Positions 62,240 through 64,000 of a stretch of 64,000 nucleotides of DNA are shown here, piece after piece (the first letter of the stretch is position 1; every line of letters starts with the position of its first letter). Made by a program: the position numbers and the translations under genes. The DNA comes from Utricularia gibba (Eukaryota > Plantae > Magnoliophyta), in contig NEEC01000023.1 in the NCBI GenBank assembly GCA_002189035.1, positions 434,001-498,000 on the forward strand. The letters are read 5' to 3'. Below the pieces are notes generated by a model, which worked only from the letters and a program-made list of their open reading frames with translations, was not told where the DNA came from and did no database searches.

Positions 62240-63844
62240 TTACCCCTTTTTGTCAATGGGTCTTTGAAGAAAACTTGATCTGCGGAAGTAGTGATCCCAT
62301 TTATGGGGCTGAGTCGTCCCAAAGGTGTAGTACTTCCAGCTGCTTTCCGGGTCAAATTCTTCACTTTCTCTCCTTCCTTCCGCCATCTCCTTCTTCAAGC
62401 CTTGCACTCTCTCGATCACCCCACGTACGGATACATCAAATGCATCCTCTGTCTTCCTGGATCCACCCCGGGAATCGCCATAAGTCACCTTGGGTATCAG
62501 CTTGATCACTTGCTCTCTCATGGACGCCACTCTCCCTTTGGGGATCTCAGAGAGGAATCTCTCGATGCTGACATTCTTGTGCTTCACATCTCCTTCGGGG
62601 ATGAGCACTGAATAGGAGGAGAACTCCTTGGGTAAATGCCATGTGTACTGAACATACGCAGAGCCGGGAGTGAAGAAAACGGGGATGCAACCGGACACTA
62701 TGGAATCGAAGGTTGATCGTCGGGTGAAGGAGTCCCCGGGAGGTTGAAGGCAGAAAATGGAGCCTAGAAACATCTTCATCACATTCCCTGGCTTCAAGCA
62801 GTTTTCTCTGTTATCTATGCATTCGATCATCTTGCAGTTTTGTCTAGATTTTCGGCATTGCTCCATGATCTCGCTGCGTATGGAAGTGTCTATTTGGGGA
62901 CGAGGGGCTCCGACGAAGCAGAAGAGTGTCTTCCTTCTCTGGTTTCTCACTCTCTTCTGCCATTCCTCAACTTGGTTATCTGTAGAGGGATGAAAGTAAG
63001 TAGGATAGGGAATGGCGAAATCGTTCTTATCCCAAGGGCTGGATTCGATTGTGAGAATCGTCATGTTCTTCGTCTCCATCATTACCATGAACTTGTTCCC
63101 CCAACCAGAATCCTCATCCACAACTCTACGGAAATCCCAGGTTATCCTTCCGGCTACAGAGAAATGATCTTTACCCCCCATCCGTTTCCATTCACTTGTT
63201 TCTTTAATCATCTCGAACAAATCCTTGGAATCCGAATCCCTAACAGAGATATTGTAGGAATTGAAAAGGTACCTTGAAACATCAAGCCCCGGATAGTAAG
63301 GAACATAGAACGCCACCGCCATTGATGCATTCTTCGTCAAACAGGGGTATCTCTTCATCCTGTTATGAAAGATCACCTCTAGAGAAAACTGATGGGTAAC
63401 GAACCACCCAGAATTCATCAACAACTTACTGGGATGCCCGATCGGCATCCCGAGTCCTTCGTTTACAAAGTACCGACACATATCATGCCATTTATTCAGC
63501 GACTTGCAGTTCCTGATGTAATCTTGATTAAATCGAGTAGGAATTTCATGGATGTAGATGTATTTCCCAACGCAATTGTCGATTGAGGGAGAATTCTGGG
63601 GAGTCGAATCAGTGAGATTAGGGTTAGGGCTGTGGAAACGGGAGAGGGAGGAGGCAACGGTGGGAGGATAGGGCGGCGACTTGAAATTGTAGATGATGAG
63701 GAGGAACCAGAAAATGACCCAAACATGGCACAGGGAGGAGGAGAAGGAGCAGAAGCAGCATTTTCTGTTCTTGTTCGATGCTTCGGCGATCGATGATGAG
63801 GAATGGCGATGCCTTCTTCGTGACGAATGGTTGCAGAGGTTCAT
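62240..63844 (-). CDS. GT47/exostosin glycosyltransferase, MUR3/KATAMARI1-like clade; single exon
   Basis: Signal anchor; C.GKYIYIHEIP.RFN; GWFVTHQFSLEVIFHNRMKRYPCLT; YVPYYPGLD; GGKDHF.VAGRITWDFRR; FCLQPPGDSFTRRSTFDSIVSGCIPVFF; QYTWHLP. Confidence 0.95.
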   Translation of the reverse strand: MNLCNHSSRRRHRHSSSSIAEASNKNRKCCFCSFSSSLCHVWVIFWFLLIIYNFKSPPYPPTVASSLSRFHSPNPNLTDSTPQNSPSIDNCVGKYIYIHEIPTRFNQDYIRNCKSLNKWHDMCRYFVNEGLGMPIGHPSKLLMNSGWFVTHQFSLEVIFHNRMKRYPCLTKNASMAVAFYVPYYPGLDVSRYLFNSYNISVRDSDSKDLFEMIKETSEWKRMGGKDHFSVAGRITWDFRRVVDEDSGWGNKFMVMMETKNMTILTIESSPWDKNDFAIPYPTYFHPSTDNQVEEWQKRVRNQRRKTLFCFVGAPRPQIDTSIRSEIMEQCRKSRQNCKMIECIDNRENCLKPGNVMKMFLGSIFCLQPPGDSFTRRSTFDSIVSGCIPVFFTPGSAYVQYTWHLPKEFSSYSVLIPEGDVKHKNVSIERFLSEIPKGRVASMREQVIKLIPKVTYGDSRGGSRKTEDAFDVSVRGVIERVQGLKKEMAEGRRESEEFDPESSWKYYTFGTTQPHKWDHYFRRSSFLQRPIDKKG

Positions 63845-64000
63845 CACAACTCTTCAGCATGATTCGGTCGAAACTAATCCGACGTCGTTTCGCCTAGTAA
63901 CTGCTGCATTTCTTTTTGTATGTTCACCATCATGTGGTGTGTGTGCATGGGCCGGGGTTAGACCGGGTTTAAAAATGTATCCGGTTCAAAATACACGAGA

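Noticed and set aside
62081-62278. Phe-rich ORF
   Set aside because: Artefact of the (T)nA low-complexity array.
1-63844. Two GT47 genes at the window ends as a possible functional cluster
   Set aside because: They are 62 kb and about 20 unrelated genes apart; GT47 is a large dispersed family.

Overview
Plant (eudicot) nuclear DNA, very gene-dense: about 22 intron-containing or single-exon protein genes plus one clear pseudogene in 64 kb, with short introns and short AT-rich spacers. This suggests a compact genome; the lineage cannot be fixed from the sequence. Gene order: partial GT47 (XLT2-like), a ~4.4 kb stretch with splice signals but no recognisable gene, class-II ERF repressor, NHX antiporter, pirin, C3H18-type WH/RRM protein, TIC20-V, plastid RsmB, EMC8/9, X8 protein, PLAA/UFD3, an uncharacterised plastid membrane protein, a PPR pseudogene, PWI/SRRM1-like factor, PTAC16, MTPB, an LPQEWTY-family protein, HCF153-like, Pumilio, RDUF-type RING, PPR, DVL/RTFL, ORP3, and a MUR3-like GT47. 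I found no tRNA, rRNA, CRISPR array or intact transposon. Seven 1-bp frame breaks in six genes all lie in short homopolymers and look like assembly errors. I cannot claim a definite new biological system. The best leads are an HCF153-like gene whose 69-bp tandem duplication, stop codon and frame break would all be removed by one new GT-AG intron; a decaying NHX with an apparent compensatory splice donor; a spliced poly-Leu small ORF built on a microsatellite; and spliced ORF-less units at 1-3.5 kb. Family assignments come from recalled motifs, not database searches, and exon boundaries were placed by hand.
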